A stretch of DNA of 64,000 bases from Octopus sinensis (Eukaryota). Position 1 is the stretch's first letter; each line of letters starts with the position of its first letter. The notes beneath the pieces were generated by a model, which was not told the origin of the DNA, made no database searches, and saw only the letters and a list, made by a program, of their open reading frames with translations. The DNA lies in NCBI RefSeq assembly GCF_006345805.1, contig NC_043011.1:10602001-10666000 (forward strand), read 5' to 3'. The translations under genes and the position numbers were made by a program. This document shows positions 36,633-53,895 of this stretch, piece by piece.

Positions 36633-37011
36633 GAGCGGAAGAGAGAGAGAGAGAGAGAGAGAATTTACATAAATGCAAACACACGTATACTTTCATGGAA
36701 TATGTTTGGGTATATACAAATGTGTATAGCATGAATATAAGCTTACATATAAGTCTGTTTCTATCTATATGCATGCGAGTGTGGGGGGTGTATACGTGTG
36801 AGTATGAGTGTGTGTATGTGTGTGCCTATGTGAGTACGCGTGTAACTGTAGATTGTGAATGACAAAGTGGCGGTGTGTGAAGAGCGACTAACGGAAACAA
36901 GTAGAAAAAATTTGCAGATGGGTTAACTTTGCAAACTCTATTCTTTTAAGTTTACAGTAGACACAGCAATCGCAGAAAAGAAAGATAGAGAAGTGGAAGA
37001 AACAAAGTGTA

Positions 37012-37333
<322 letters not shown>

Positions 37334-38088
37334 ACTTTTTATTGTAGCCACACAGGGCTAAACACAGAATAAAAATGGACGAAATACAATGTAGAATTTT
37401 TTCTTTTCGAGGTGGGATGGGTGGGGCACAAAAAAAAACGTTTGATCAATAGGGATCTGTGGGTTGTGTGGTGTATAAAAAACCAATATATATATAAATA
37501 TAAGGTTCACAGTTTAGGTGTAGCCTTGGAAAGAAAAACCTACAAAAAAGACCAAGGTCACCTCAGACAGTTCGAAAAAGAACACATGAGTAAGTCGCCT
37601 TACTTCTCGTTGTCTCTTTTGGTTACAGATTTATGCTTAAAATAGTGTCGTCTTTCATACTGACCATTTTTGCCACTTTTACCCACTTTTTATTAAAACA
37701 TTCGTTCGACACAGCCTTCCTCTCTATTCTCATCCACCTTTTCAAGTGGTACTTGAAAAAGTTGACGAGAGATTGACCAGAGAGGAAGGTGTTTGTTTGC
37801 AGTCTTTTCAAACGCGTCCACCACACACATTCTTTCGCCATAGCCATCAGCGTAACGAAAACCGTTTTCCCTTCCCGTTTAAAGGAAGGTGGTGGAACAA
37901 TATTCACGATAGACTCGGCCGATAAGTGGGCCCGTCCTACATGCGACAACAGCTGTTCGACGAAGGTCCACAGCTCTAAAATATCTGGAAACTGCACGTG
38001 TGCGTGCAGAACGGTTTCGTCGCTCTGACCGCATCTCGGGCAGGTCGGTCCGGTGACCTCGAACAGGTAGTGCGTCTCGATAGCATTG

Positions 38089-39978
38089 CTAAGCCAGGGA
38101 TTTCTGGAAGTTATTCATAGGCCCCGGCCCGAACGTCGTCCTGAACAGGCGGGTTAAGAATTTCTCGTCGACGCCCAGGTTTGCCCCGAGTGTGTCGTCG
38201 GACCTCCCCTCCACTAGTCCTCTATAGAACGCTTTAGTCGTTTGTAAGATGCACAAGTTTGACCCCGGGCGGCAGAGCTGCTGTAGAGCTTGGCGACACT
38301 CTCGGTGCCAATCGCCCAGTTTCAGTCTCTTCTTGATCCACGTTTGCAGTTCGGTCAGTGAGACGAGTTGCAGGAAGGCACGCCTCACAAATGGCGCCCA
38401 CACCTGTTCACCGTCGTCGATGAAGTTCCAGAGATGTCGCAGTCTCAGCGCATGCCTGCGCATCATCAACCATGGCATGCCCAGTCCTCCATTCAACGGA
38501 TGTTGACAGCAAATAGATCGCCTCACCATCGGAACGCCACCCTTCCACAGGAAGCGGAAGCGTATGCATTCCAGTTTGGTGATGGTGACGTCGGGACAAG
38601 GCACGACGGTCAGGCGGTAATCGATGACGGATGCGATGTACGCGTTCGCCACCTCCACCCGGCCTTTTAGAGACAGCAGTAGCGGCTCGAGAGTCAATAC
38701 ATACAGAAGCGCCGACAGGGGACACACCTGACGGACCGAACGCGTGATGTCAAACGGTTTCGACAGGTGGCCGTTCACCCGAATCACCGATCGGATGCCG
38801 CTATACAAGGCAGCGATCCAACCGCGGAAGACGGGACCGAAGCCAGCCGCCCTGAGGACGGCCGCCAAGTACCGATGGTCGACCCTATCGAAGGCTTTAG
38901 ACTGATCCAAATTGATCAGCGCCCCACCCATGCCAGGATCCTTAACTACTCTGTTCACAATGTAGCGCATCAGATGGAGGTTGTCATGTATAGTTCTGCC
39001 GGGCACGGCGCATGTTTGCGCCCTGTCGATCAGTTTACCAATGACAAGCGCCAACCTCTCGGCTATTACTTTGGCCAAAATTTTCAAATCTGCGTTGAGC
39101 AAAGTGATGGACCTGAAATTATTTATAAAATTTCCCTTGTTTGGGTTTTTCTTCAGCAACGTCACTGCATCTCGGCTCACGAAACCGGGGATTCTCCTGT
39201 TTTGTTGCCAGTTGCAGTAGACTGATGCCAAGAGGTCGCCAAACAAGTCTGGCATTTGACAATACAGCTCGTAGGGTAAACCATCCAATCCAGGCGACTT
39301 ATCCCTCGCGCAGCCCGCCATCGCATCCCGCACGTCAGCGACTGTGATGGGACTTTCACAACACTCCGCTTCTCTTGCCGAGAGCCGCGGCAGGTCGGTC
39401 AGGTAGGCACTGAAATCCATCCTGCGTTCCGACCAACCGCTCGCACCAAACAGTCGAGCAAAGTGCTGTTGAAAGGCCTCACACATCCTTTCGGGCTCGA
39501 GTAAACTGCATCCCTGTTGATCTATTAGAGACCGAATGGTGGCTCTGTTGCCACGCTGCGCCTCCGCTACCCGGGCCTCTCGCGCAGCTTCGATCTCTTC
39601 GTTCCTTAACGCACGCATTTTAACTCTGACGACGCAACCTTCGTGCTTGGCGTTGAAGTGTTGGTCGAGGGCCATCCTCGCAGCCAGCACGTTGGTTGCC
39701 TTGCCAGTGGTAAGTGCCTCTTCTAGCTTCTTAACCAGGTCTCCCTCTACTCTGTTTCGATCTATCGCTAATTCCTTGCTAAACCTAATTGATTCCGATT
39801 TTATTGCCATTTTCAGGGCGAACCCCCAGAGGTTGTTAACGACGGCTCCTGCAAGCGCCCTCTTAATTAACTCGCTAATCCGGTTCCTGTAAACCTGTCG
39901 CGCTAAGAGCGACGTGTTCAGTTTCCAGTAACCGGGACCCTGTCTATGTGTCTTATCTAAGTCGAGCGTACACGTCAC
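38089..39978 (-). pseudogene. Tx1 ORF2 reverse transcriptase (629-aa open stretch, internal deletion around the YADD region)
   Basis: GPGYWKLNTSLL, KSPGLDGLP.E, NFRSITLLNADLKILAK, LDQSKAFDRVDH, VRQVCPLS. YADD is absent before SLKGRVEVAN. Confidence 0.9.
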
Positions 39979-40077
39979 AAATTTGTGATCTGTGTAGCTG
40001 ACTGTTTTAAATTGTGGACATCCTACACTATCCCTATCCGCTGTCCTGCATAGAATTCTATCTAGATAAGATCTCGA

Positions 40078-40665
40078 CTATCCGACGCGGTTTGTCCAAA
40101 TCCACGTTGGCACGTTCGGATGGTCGAGTCGGAACCTGTCAGACAAATGGAAACGTTTGAGTAGGTCTTTGAGGCACTTACACCCCCTTCTATTCCTATC
40201 CATTCCCACATAATCTAGATGCGTGTCCAAGGTAGCGTTCCAATCCCCTACTAACAGTAAAGGTCTAGACGTACCCAGGAAAACCTCTAGACGTCTGAAG
40301 AAATCCGCCTGACCCGTTAAGGACGGTGCATAAACTGCCATCAGACAGAATGCACACCCATTTCTGCCATCCACGTCCAAGACAACCAGCCTACCCTCCA
40401 GGTCTAGGAATATTGTTCTTACTTTTACATTTAAACTCTTTCGAAAAAGCACCGCGGTACCTCCACCACCCATGTTCGGCAGACAGGGAGAAAAATAAAT
40501 GTCGAATTGATCTCCAAACATGGACGCGAGGGACCGCGGCTTGCTGAGTCTGGTTTCACTGATAGCTACTATATCCACATTCAGTGACTTGATGTCGTTT
40601 AGAAGGTAACCTTGCTTCCAAGCCGACGCCAAGCCACGCGCATTCACACAACCTAATTTAAGCAT
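40078..40665 (-). pseudogene. Tx1 ORF2 APE endonuclease
   Basis: CVNARGL, AISETR, GGGTAVL, AVYAP, LVGDWNA. Confidence 0.9.
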
Positions 40666-40739
40666 AATTGACGTTTACGAAAATTGTGTTTCACACACTA
40701 CATTGGAAGAAACAAGAGGCAAGAGGGAAGGTCACTTAC

Positions 40740-42040
40740 TCACTTCGAAAGTTTCATTTTTTTCTTCTTCTTCTTTTGTAGTGTCTTTGAGGAGGTGTTT
40801 GTATAGTTTTTTGGAGAGGTATCGTTGAAACCCGCCTACCGCATTTGGAAATATTGTTTTCAGTGTATGGTGTTGTGTTTGTGTTATGTGTTTCGGTGGT
40901 GTGGTGCGCGGATGATTGTTTGTCTTAAAGTCATCTTCACAGATTTCCGTGTTGGATGCAATGTAATCTATTAATTTTTTATTGTCTGTGTCTATTGCAG
41001 TTAGTTGTGTGTGTGGTTTTGCGGGTTCATTGATTTTTTTATTGTCTAGGGGGATGCTGTCCGAAGTTAAATATCTCCCTGCTTTACTTACTTGTTTGGT
41101 GGGCTTATTTTATCTTTTCCTTTTACCCCCTGTGGCTATTTGCCATTCCGTCGAACTTTCGTCGTTGGACGACGAGTCCGACGAATCAGAAGGGGGTAAA
41201 GGCAAAGCATTTGCGTTAATATGTATGCTTGTAGAAATTGTTGATGTTTTGTGTGGTGTTTGTGTTGTTGTCGTGTTAGGGGTAGAATTTGTCTTCTCGT
41301 CACTGTTTTCTGTTTTTTTAGTTGTCGTCCTCGGTGTTGGTGTTGGTCTATCTTTTGTTGGTTCAGTATGTTGAATTAGTTGCGACGTCAACGGTGATTG
41401 TGTTGGTGCTGTTTCTTTTCTTGGTGATGTTGTTGGGGTCTCTTTGCTGGTTTGTTGTTTTTCTTGGCATTGTTCCATAATTGAGTGTGTTGGTGTTGGT
41501 GTTGGTGTTGGTAACAAGGGTTTTTTATTTGTTTTCTGATTTGTTCTTGTTTTTTCTGTGCCAGAGCGCACTTGGCAATTAAATGTTCTGGGCTGCCACA
41601 GTTGTAGCATCTTGGCTTTTTGCCTTCTGCCACAACGTATAGGCTTTGCCCATTCTCTACAAGAATCTTATCGGGAAGTTTCTCGATAGAGGACCCATCA
41701 ATCTGGATGCTGACTTCTATTGATTTACCACCCCAATTGTCGTTTTTGTATACGGCAATCTCTAAAATATTTATAGTTTTCAAATGGTAACAGATCGCTC
41801 CTGTTATCCATTTGTTAGGTATCTCGGGTGGTACATTTTTAATGCTAATTTTACTCACTCTCTGGCCTTTGTAATATGGGATCTTGATGATTTCATCATT
41901 TTGCAGAGACTCCGTAGAGTGAGCTTTTGCCACTTCCTAGTTAGGGAAGCGGACCATCACTGTATTAAACTGGGGACCCCAGTTTATATATTCTTTTTTT
42001 TTCATTATGTTTTTAAACACTTTTCTATGTCCGTTTTTGT
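40740..42040 (-). pseudogene. Tx1 ORF1 (gag-like, CCHC), frameshifted
   Basis: ORFs 41388-41933 and 41110-41610, zinc knuckle, T/K-rich C-terminus. Confidence 0.75.
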
Positions 42041-42669
42041 AATGTTCATTTTGTTTTTTTTATAATTTTATATATAATTGTCTTATTGTCTATTTGTTCC
42101 TTTATGTGTTGAGGTGTATGCAATACTAAATCCTGCCTTTGGGTTGTAAAGAGTGCTCTCGTTTCTATTAACTCTTCATTCGTCAATTTTATTATTTCTT
42201 TTTTCTGACGCAGGGCGTCAGCGAAATTTACTGTTATATTCTGGCAGTTGTTGTCGTTGTGTGTTTTTGTTGTTGTTGTATCCGAAATATTCTTGGACGT
42301 GGCTTTTACAGGTACTGTTGATTCTGTTATATTAATATCTTCACTATTAGATGATAAAATATTTATTTCATTTTTGTTGCTGTTCTTCTTGTTGTTGTTG
42401 TTTTGTTAATAGTATTCGCGTGAGTTTCATTTTTATCATTTATGGTGGTGGTGGTGGAGGTGGTGGTGGTAGCAGTAGTAGTCTCGTTGTTGTTGTTAGC
42501 GGTGGTGGTGGTGGTGGTGACAGGGCTGTTACCGCAAGTGGTTGCAGCGTTCACTACCACGTCACTCAGGTTTGTCTTTGTCGAATGTGTGTGCGTGCAT
42601 AAATTCTTTTTTCTCCTAGCGTTTCAAGTCTAGGAAAAATAATAATATTTTTATTATTGTTGTTGTTAT

Positions 42670-42786
42670 ATTCAAATTCCAACAAGGTCCACTTTGTCTT
42701 TCATCCTTCCACTGGGGTCGATGTAATCGACTAATCCGGTCCCCCAAAATTGCTGCCCTTGTGGAAAAATTTGAAACTATTATTAT

Positions 42787-42795
<9 letters not shown>
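42670..42795 (+). mobile_element. tRNA-derived SINE fragment
   Basis: TTCAAATTCC..CTTTCATCC..CTGGGGTCGATGTAATCGAC..TTA tail. Confidence 0.75.
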
Positions 42796-42849
<54 letters not shown>

Positions 42850-42868
42850 CAAGGTGTCCCCCAAAAAT

Positions 42869-42897
42869 GGGTTATGGTTAGGCGCTAACCCTAACCC
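42869..42897. repeat. Head-to-head telomere-like hairpin GGGTTATGGTTAG-gcg-CTAACCCTAACCC
   Basis: Direct reading. Confidence 0.7.
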
Positions 42898-43386
42898 CTT
42901 ATTTTCACACCTTAACAATATATATTCACAGCCAAAAGCGTATTGTTGTGTTTAGAGCTCTTCAAAATGTGCAGTTGATCCACTTGTTTTTGTTGTATCT
43001 AAAATGTTGTTGAACCTACAGTGTATAAAATAGTGGCTTGAAATTATATACTCAGGACTGTATATTTGTATACGTAATGACGTCAGTAACAGAAAGACAC
43101 GTGACTGCCGCTCAGTTCATCAAACTGATTAGCAGGTTTATAAGCAAAGATTTATTTTCAAGGGCATTCCAGCCGTGACCATTCCATCTTCTTGCGATTA
43201 AATTATGCAATGTGTTCATCCTTTTTAAACAATGGATTGAATACGATTTGACTGTTATTTCTAACGTAGCAAATTAACTACGTAGAGATTCCACCATTGG
43301 CTCAATAATGTAGAGTAAATGATGACTGTTTTGACAGCCTCCACAGACCAGTTATATCATTACAGGCGCGCGCAGGTACATCTTAA

Positions 43387-43595
43387 CCCATTAAGTCCCA
43401 TTGTCCTATGAATAGGACACTAAATGAGAACCTTAAATAAGCTACATCACATTGTCTCAGTGTCCTATTTATAGGACACCGAGTATTTCCATTTTACTTA
43501 AAGTAAAGGAGTTTTAATAATTTTTCTTTTTTTCGTTTTAACCTATTTTCAATCAAATAATATTCACAAATTTAAGTAATGTGGGACTTAAAAGG
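43387..43595. mobile_element. piggyBac-type MITE
   Basis: TTAA TSD at 43383-86 and 43596-99; TIR CCCATTAAGTCCCA/TGGGACTTAAAAGG; two internal GTCCTA-N4-TAGGAC palindromes. Confidence 0.85.
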
Positions 43596-44131
43596 TTAAA
43601 ACAGTCATTAGAGATTACAATTAACTTGAATTGCTGCACCGCTGAAGTGTCAAATAGTTAATTTTTGCAACCGCAGCCATATTTCAATCTGACAACAAAC
43701 CACCACCACCACCACTACTCTCCTCTTCCTCTCCCTCTCTGTTTGCCAAGAATCTACTTAACTGACAATCTGTTTCTGTCAAATCGGACAGGTTTTATCA
43801 ATCGTTAAGTGCCAAGATTTCCACAAACGAACCTAAACACAACCACCGTAAGCATCAGTCTAAAACAAGAATTCCAGCTTCCGCTAACAAGATTCGGCAC
43901 TTCAACAAAATGATAATAATATGATATGTTCAAATGTTATGAGCATGTCACATGTCACAACTATGAGTCACATTTCTCTTCTAAATAATAAAATGACGAG
44001 AACAAACAAAATGAAGAAAGGAAGATGATGACGACAATAGTATGGATGAGGATAATGTACTAGAGGGTGTTGTTGCTAATAATACTGATGTTGAAAGGGA
44101 CAATGAAACAACCACAACGAAAATAATAATA

Positions 44132-44188
<57 letters not shown>

Positions 44189-44189
<1 letters not shown>

Positions 44190-44975
44190 TTGTAATTGGT
44201 TCTTAATGCTTGCATTTACGCAGCACATATTAGAGCCGCCGTTTCCGGTTTTAAATCACTTTTAGTCATCCATAGCCATTTTATTTCTCTCTTTGTCTTA
44301 TCTTTAGCATTCCTATGAAATTGTCCACGAATTCTTTTCCTTGTCCACCTATTTTCAGTTTCATTCATTCCCAAGTGCTTGTACAATGATTTATCTTTGC
44401 AATCTTCCAGCTTAATTCCAATAATAGCTTACTTCCAACATACTATGTTGTTTTCTTCTGTTCTAATGCTGTGTTCGCATCCAATCAGTCCTCTTTCCCC
44501 TCTTTTTCTTGGTACATACAGTTTGTCTGCAAATATCCTATGGGATGTTATGATTCAGTGCGACCATGAGATAGAGAATAAGAAACCAGATATAGTCTTA
44601 ATTGAGAAACAAAGCAAACGATGCTGGATCATAGATATAGCATGTCTAGCTGACAAGGTATGCGATAAGGAAGAAAGAAAAGTCGATAGACGTGACAGGT
44701 TAGTTTGGGAGATTAAGCAGCTGTGGTCGATGAAAAAGGTGGTAATAGTACCAATAATTGTTGGAGCCCTGGGAACAGTGAGTTAAAATCTTGTGAAGTA
44801 CATGAAACAAATAGGGGCTGAAATAATAGTGGAGCTCTTGCAGAAAACAGCACTGCTTGGAACTGTTCGAATATTCCGGATGGTGCTCGAAAAATAAGAG
44901 GTATTACCTTAGTTCATTGGTAGTGAACAGCTGACACCGTAGTACATCTCCAGCGTTAGAAAATGTGCAAAGTCA
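44189..44975 (+). mobile_element. R4/Dong-like family A element with 5' inversion, flanked by (TAA)n on both sides
   Basis: 44189-44530 on the minus strand encodes ADKLYVPRKRGERGL..QALRTNY. 44528-44975 on the plus strand encodes ILWD..KPDI..VPIIVGALG plus the 3'UTR. Confidence 0.88.
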
Positions 44976-44979
44976 ATAC

Positions 44980-48507
<3,528 letters not shown>

Positions 48508-48510
<3 letters not shown>

Positions 48511-49430
48511 AAGGCGAACGTACACAGGCTGAAGATGTGTAAAGGTGGACGCCGGGTGGTTAGCGTGCGGGAGTACATCAACAGTGAAAGAAGAAATATG
48601 GCAGAGTATTTTGTAAATAGCAAACAAGACCTGCTACAGTATGCTGCTAATGCAGAAAGATTTGCCAAAAATGGACTTGAGAGGGCTGAATATCCAATGA
48701 GAGAGAAGAAACTCTACTCCGCATGGAATTACAAGGTGAGTCCCACCATGAAACTAACAACTTAAAAGACCTGGAAGAAGCATCATGGAGGTGGCTCAGC
48801 AAGGTGAGCTAAAAAAAGAAGACTGGAAACCTAGTCATTGCTGCTTAGGATCAGGCATTGAATACCGACTCAGTAAAAAGAGATATATACCACACAAGGG
48901 CAACGAACCTCTGAAGAATGTGTGGGAAGATGGTTGAAAGCATGACTCACATTGTTAGTGCTTGTGAAAGTCTCGCGCAGAAAGAGTACAAGTGTAGACA
49001 TAAGAAGGTAGCATAAAACCGTCACTGGATACTATGCTGGAAGTATGGATACGAGGTAATTGGTGCTCGGTACCAACATACACCAGAAAAGGTAATGAAC
49101 GAAAAGGGAAAGGCAAAAATCCTCTGGGACTTTTCACTTCCAAACAGACAACATGTTAGAGGTATAGTAACCAGATATAGGAACCTTTAGAAGGAACAAA
49201 CAAGAGTACCTAATAATCGATGTGGCAGTACCAGGAGATCAACATATTCTCATAAAAGAAAGAGAAAAGATCGATAAATATGGGGACCCGAGAACTGAGA
49301 TGGCCAAGATGTGGTTAGGGTACAAGAGTCAAACATAAAGTTTGTCCCAGTTGTCATTGGAGCACTGGGTTCAATACCACCCAAGCTGAAGAAACATCTG
49401 GAAACTTTAGAAATACCCTACAATCTAGGT
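48508..49430 (+). mobile_element. R4/Dong-like element (thumb, CCHC, RLE), decayed
   Basis: KANVHRL..KGGR, AA.DQAL, RMCG..ESMTHIVSACE, KILWDF, IDVAVPGD, FVPVVIGALG. Confidence 0.85.
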
Positions 49431-49458
49431 GTCCGAGTCACAATATCTTCAATCAGTA

Positions 49459-49544
<86 letters not shown>

Positions 49545-49547
<3 letters not shown>

Positions 49548-49810
49548 CGCTACCTAACTCAGATACCAGGAAAATCGCTACCTAACTCAGATACCAGGAA
49601 ACCCCAAAATGGCAGAAATTCAAAAGATAGTGCTCATGGGAACTGCTCATATCCTACGCAAAATACTTTCTATGTAATCTCAAGTTTTAAAACAAACATA
49701 ATTTTCGTTTTTTTCTTTTTGTTATATCCCTAATATCCCAGAAACAGCTGTAAGACTACCTTTCTTTATAAATGTCCAATAAATTCCACACAGCCTTGGC
49801 TTTGTTGTCT
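49545..49810 (+). mobile_element. Very short R4-like 3' end after (AAT)n, with a 28-bp tandem duplication at its 5' junction
   Basis: YLTQIPGNPKMAEIQKIVLMGTAHILRKILSM*; AATCGCTACCTAACTCAGATACCAGGAA twice (49545-49600). Confidence 0.75.
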
Positions 49811-49915
49811 CATTTTATTTAACATATACATGCTCACACGAGATCAGCATTAGACTCCTCACTAGTATTATTATCGAGTGTGTACATAGCCTTACCCATC
49901 TTGGGTCTTCTTGAT

Positions 49916-49951
<36 letters not shown>

Positions 49952-51002
49952 ATATATACAGAGAGATGGAGAGAGAGATGTATTTGTATGTCTGTATTGT
50001 AATCAAATTAAACTTATCGGGACCCTAAAGAGAAATTATTGGTTTAGAAGTGGCATTGCTTTCAGTGATCTCTCTGTCGTTAATAAATAAAGTAGTTACT
50101 GCTAGCATGATGATAAAATATCTACCTTTAATACGGTTAAAGTAGCGTGACGCATTGTTTGACTGTATCTGCTGGATTGAACACACACGCGCACACACAA
50201 AGGACATTGTGAGAAGCAGAAATTATGTGACGACAACAGTCTCAAATGTCGCTGATTCTATTTTATGTCGATAACCAAGATAACGAGTCTTGATTAACCA
50301 ATTCCATGAGTTTTAAATAAATACAAGTCACCTTCGTAAGACATATGAATTTTTGTGAGTGAGTGAGTGAGAGCAGCATCTAACTGATGAGTTTTTATTT
50401 ACCTTATTGCACCTTATTTTTACCCAGATAAACTACGTATCCGGTATTGTAAATGTAACCTCGAATGCAGAGGCGAACGACGTTCCTGTCTGAACTCAGG
50501 TGTGAATCACTAAGCCTCATACGAAAAGAAATCAGACAAGAATCATATCAAGATATGTGAATATGCATGTCTACAGGTAAAACAGTCGAAATTTGTATAT
50601 CGGCTGGTGTACGTTTTACGAAAATCCGGTGCATCAGAGTGAGTGTGTGAGCGCGTGTCGAGGCTGAATGCATCCAGCTGGGAGAAGATATACACGCGAG
50701 TAAGCGCAAAAATACAAATAATGTACATGAGCGTACGAACACGCACACATAATGAGCACGTATCTAATTATGATTCTATCAATTATTCAAATCTTTATTA
50801 CCCACTCATTCTTCAGTCATCAGTTATTTATTATCCATCATTTTTATATCATCCATTATTTCCGTAATTATCACAGTAACGTTCACGTTCATGTAGTGAG
50901 TGATGTATCCATTGGTTATGGACGCGAGAACTTCTAGGTGTATGTGGGAGAATGTAAGGTGGGAATAAGTTATTTGGCTAAATGCTGTACAGTCAGTTCC
51001 AA

Positions 51003-51083
<81 letters not shown>

Positions 51084-51228
51084 CGTGTGCGCGTGCTCGC
51101 ATGTATGTGCATACAGGCTGTATAAGATATCTTAGAACAGATTTATGTTTATAAATACGCAGATATATAACAGATAATAACTTTATTTAGCAAAAAATGC
51201 TATGAGGACAAAAATATTTTCTATAATG

Positions 51229-51830
51229 TTATTCAATAAAGCCACCTTCAGCTTCAACAACTGCTTCTAAATGAGATCTAAATCATCTACATGCTCGAAT
51301 CAAGTGGTCCTGGTTCATTTTGGACATTACTCTGACTATGGCAGCTTTCAAAGAATCTTTGGTGTTATGGGCGTGTTCATTGACCTCTCTCTCAGCAACG
51401 CTCCACATGTAATAAATAGTCCAATGGATTGCGATCTGGAGAATTGGGAGGCCAAATGTTAGCGGTTATGTGATCATGAAAGTTTTCAGCCATCCATTCG
51501 TGTGTTACTGGAGCCATGTATAACAGTGCAGAGTCTTACTGAAACACATGTGGCCTTCCATTGCATACAATGTCTATCCAGGGATTAATAAAACTTTTCA
51601 GGACCTCAATGAGACGGCAAAGTTAATTCTAAGTCCCCGTGGAAAGAAGTAAGGAGGCATCACATTGCTGACAACCTCTGGATAAATTCAGGTATTCTAA
51701 TGATTTCATTTCTTTCTCTTTTGCCTGCGTCGTTTGTTTTTTAAAGTGCTTTGGTTTTACTGGGATCGCCCTTTTAAGTAGAAAGAATAGCCAAAACTTT
51801 TTGACTGCTATTTCTAAATTCGGTATGTGG
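51229..51830 (-). pseudogene. Second DD37D mariner transposase fragment
   Basis: Homologous to 22020-22466: VVSN..VMPP, FQ.DSA, WPPNSPD.NPLDY, EAEGGFIE*. Confidence 0.85.
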
Positions 51831-51943
51831 TGAGGCAAATCGTTGCTGAACCCCCTTAATTAATTAGTATATATATATATATATATAATATATATATATA
51901 TAATATATATATATAATATATATATATATTATATATATATATA

Positions 51944-52460
51944 AAATTAAAAATAGGATAAAATCTTAATAAGAAATTATCAGGTAGTTAGCGTGAAAAA
52001 CCTCATAAGAGAAAAAATCTGTAAATTTTTTCACTTAAAAATATTTATTTATATTATATAGAGGGCATTATTACACATAAATGCCACACGCTAGGAGGGA
52101 CTTTTAAAGTCATAACTACCAAAAATAAACAAATCGTACCGAATGCAATTCTCGAAGCGAGTCATTTAAAAACAGAATTTAGTTCCAGATCACCTGTGAT
52201 TTCAAAATTAACGTATTATCTATGTCTCTTGCTCTTTAGTGAAACGAATTCAAAATATATCATGAATGAACAAAACCAACATACCAGGCGGAACCAGACA
52301 GACAACCGTCGCCTCCATCCTAGCACATGAAAATGTTCACCCCTCATATATTTATGTAAATGGCGGGCTTTTTCGAATTGCATTTCGGTAAGAAACGTGC
52401 TTCTTCGGAACAAATTAAAAATAGGATAAAATCTTAATAAGAAATTATCAGGTAGTTAGC

Positions 52461-52462
<2 letters not shown>
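51944..52462 (-). mobile_element. Second, circularly permuted copy of the family G retrozyme-like element (decayed HHR at 52182-52245)
   Basis: 51-bp terminal redundancy with period 468. Collinear with the 12536-13015 monomer but starts near monomer position 193. (TA)n flanks. Confidence 0.75.
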
Positions 52463-52514
<52 letters not shown>

Positions 52515-52643
52515 CTGGTTTAAAATATCCCACATAAGCGACGAGTTATAGAAGAAAATAAAGTAAGTGCATAATTCCTTTTGTACTGAGTTAATATAAC
52601 AATGAGAAATCTAGCTCCTTTGTTCCGATCAGAATATCGGCAG

Positions 52644-52692
<49 letters not shown>

Positions 52693-53614
52693 GCGCGCGT
52701 GCTTATTGCCCTTGGTTCTGACAAAGATTTTATATTTTCAAGAAAATCTAATCCAATTTCTTGTGAAAGTGTTGTTTCTGCAAATAAAATAGATTTACTG
52801 ACTTTTTATTGATTATAGTCAAAGGGGTCATGCAGTAAGTTTGCTATGAAGTGGAAAGGTTGCATGCATAACTGCCTTCTAAACTGACGTTCAATTGTCC
52901 TCTGCCACCTTTTTTCTTTTTTACGGTTGTACAGTTGCTGAGTATCAAAGTTATTGTTATGCGTAATGGTTGCTTGGCAGATTTCTCCTATTAAGGTCTA
53001 TATAATGTTTCATTATGCATGAAGGAATCATATGCTGTGACCAACACTAAAGAGTCGTCGTAAAAGCATTACTTTAAAAACATTTTAACTCTCAAAATAT
53101 CCATTTTCTAACTCTCAATCGCATATTCTTCTCGTATGTTTTCAATTGTCTCCAATTACTTGTCGATAGCTGAACTGTTCATTACTCGCTTGAACCCCAC
53201 CTTCCTTACACTTCCCATCATCTGCTCAACTTATTTATCTACCGCGCTACATCGTCACCTCCTTAAACTCTTTCATGGTAATGCACAGCTTAATAATCGT
53301 TGCTAAACTATTTAGCGGTATCGAGAAGATTCCAAAACTGGAGATCATTTGCAGCATACAATTTTAGGTCATCCAAGAAGAGACAATAGATAAATATAGT
53401 ACCCACCCCTCTCTCTCCCCCACCCCTTTTCTATCTATCTAGCTATCTATCCACCTATTTTTCTTTCTTTTCCTCACTTTCATATATCTCTCTCTCTCTT
53501 TCTGTCTCTCTCTTTCTGTCTCTCTCTCTCTATCTGCCAGTCGGTCTCCCTATTACTCTCTCTCTCTCTTTCTCTCTCATTGTTTCTCACTCACTCACTC
53601 TCTCTCTCATTCAT

Positions 53615-53659
<45 letters not shown>

Positions 53660-53699
53660 ATGCTGGTTATTATTATTAACCAACTTGGAAGGTAATAGA

Positions 53700-53895
53700 T
53701 TAAAGATTAGCCTAATCGTTAAAGCGTTGGATATAATAACTTGCGTTTTGAGTTCAAATTCCGCTGAGGTAATCTTTGTCTTTCATCTTTCAGGGTCGAT
53801 AAAGTTATTTTCTAATCGGGTACTGGGTTCGCTTTAATTGATTAACTTCTCCCCTTATATTTCTGTCCTTGTACTTATGTTAGACATCATTATTA
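53700..53895 (+). mobile_element. tRNA-derived SINE (old copy)
   Basis: GAGTTCAAATTCCGCTGAGGT..CTTTCATCTTTCAGGGTCGATAAA. Confidence 0.7.

Larger units (their letters stand above)
37334..42060 (-). mobile_element. Near full-length Tx1/L1-clade LINE
   Basis: ORF1 with CYNCGSPEHLIAKC knuckle; ORF2 with APE and RT; AATAAA at 37338-37343 followed by (TATC)n. Confidence 0.92.

Noticed and set aside
42205-42226. CTGACG-caggg-CGTCAG-CGAAA hairpin
   Set aside because: No upstream core or stems I and III.
49545-49600. CRISPR-like direct repeat
   Set aside because: Two adjacent units with no spacer, in a eukaryotic context with no cas genes.
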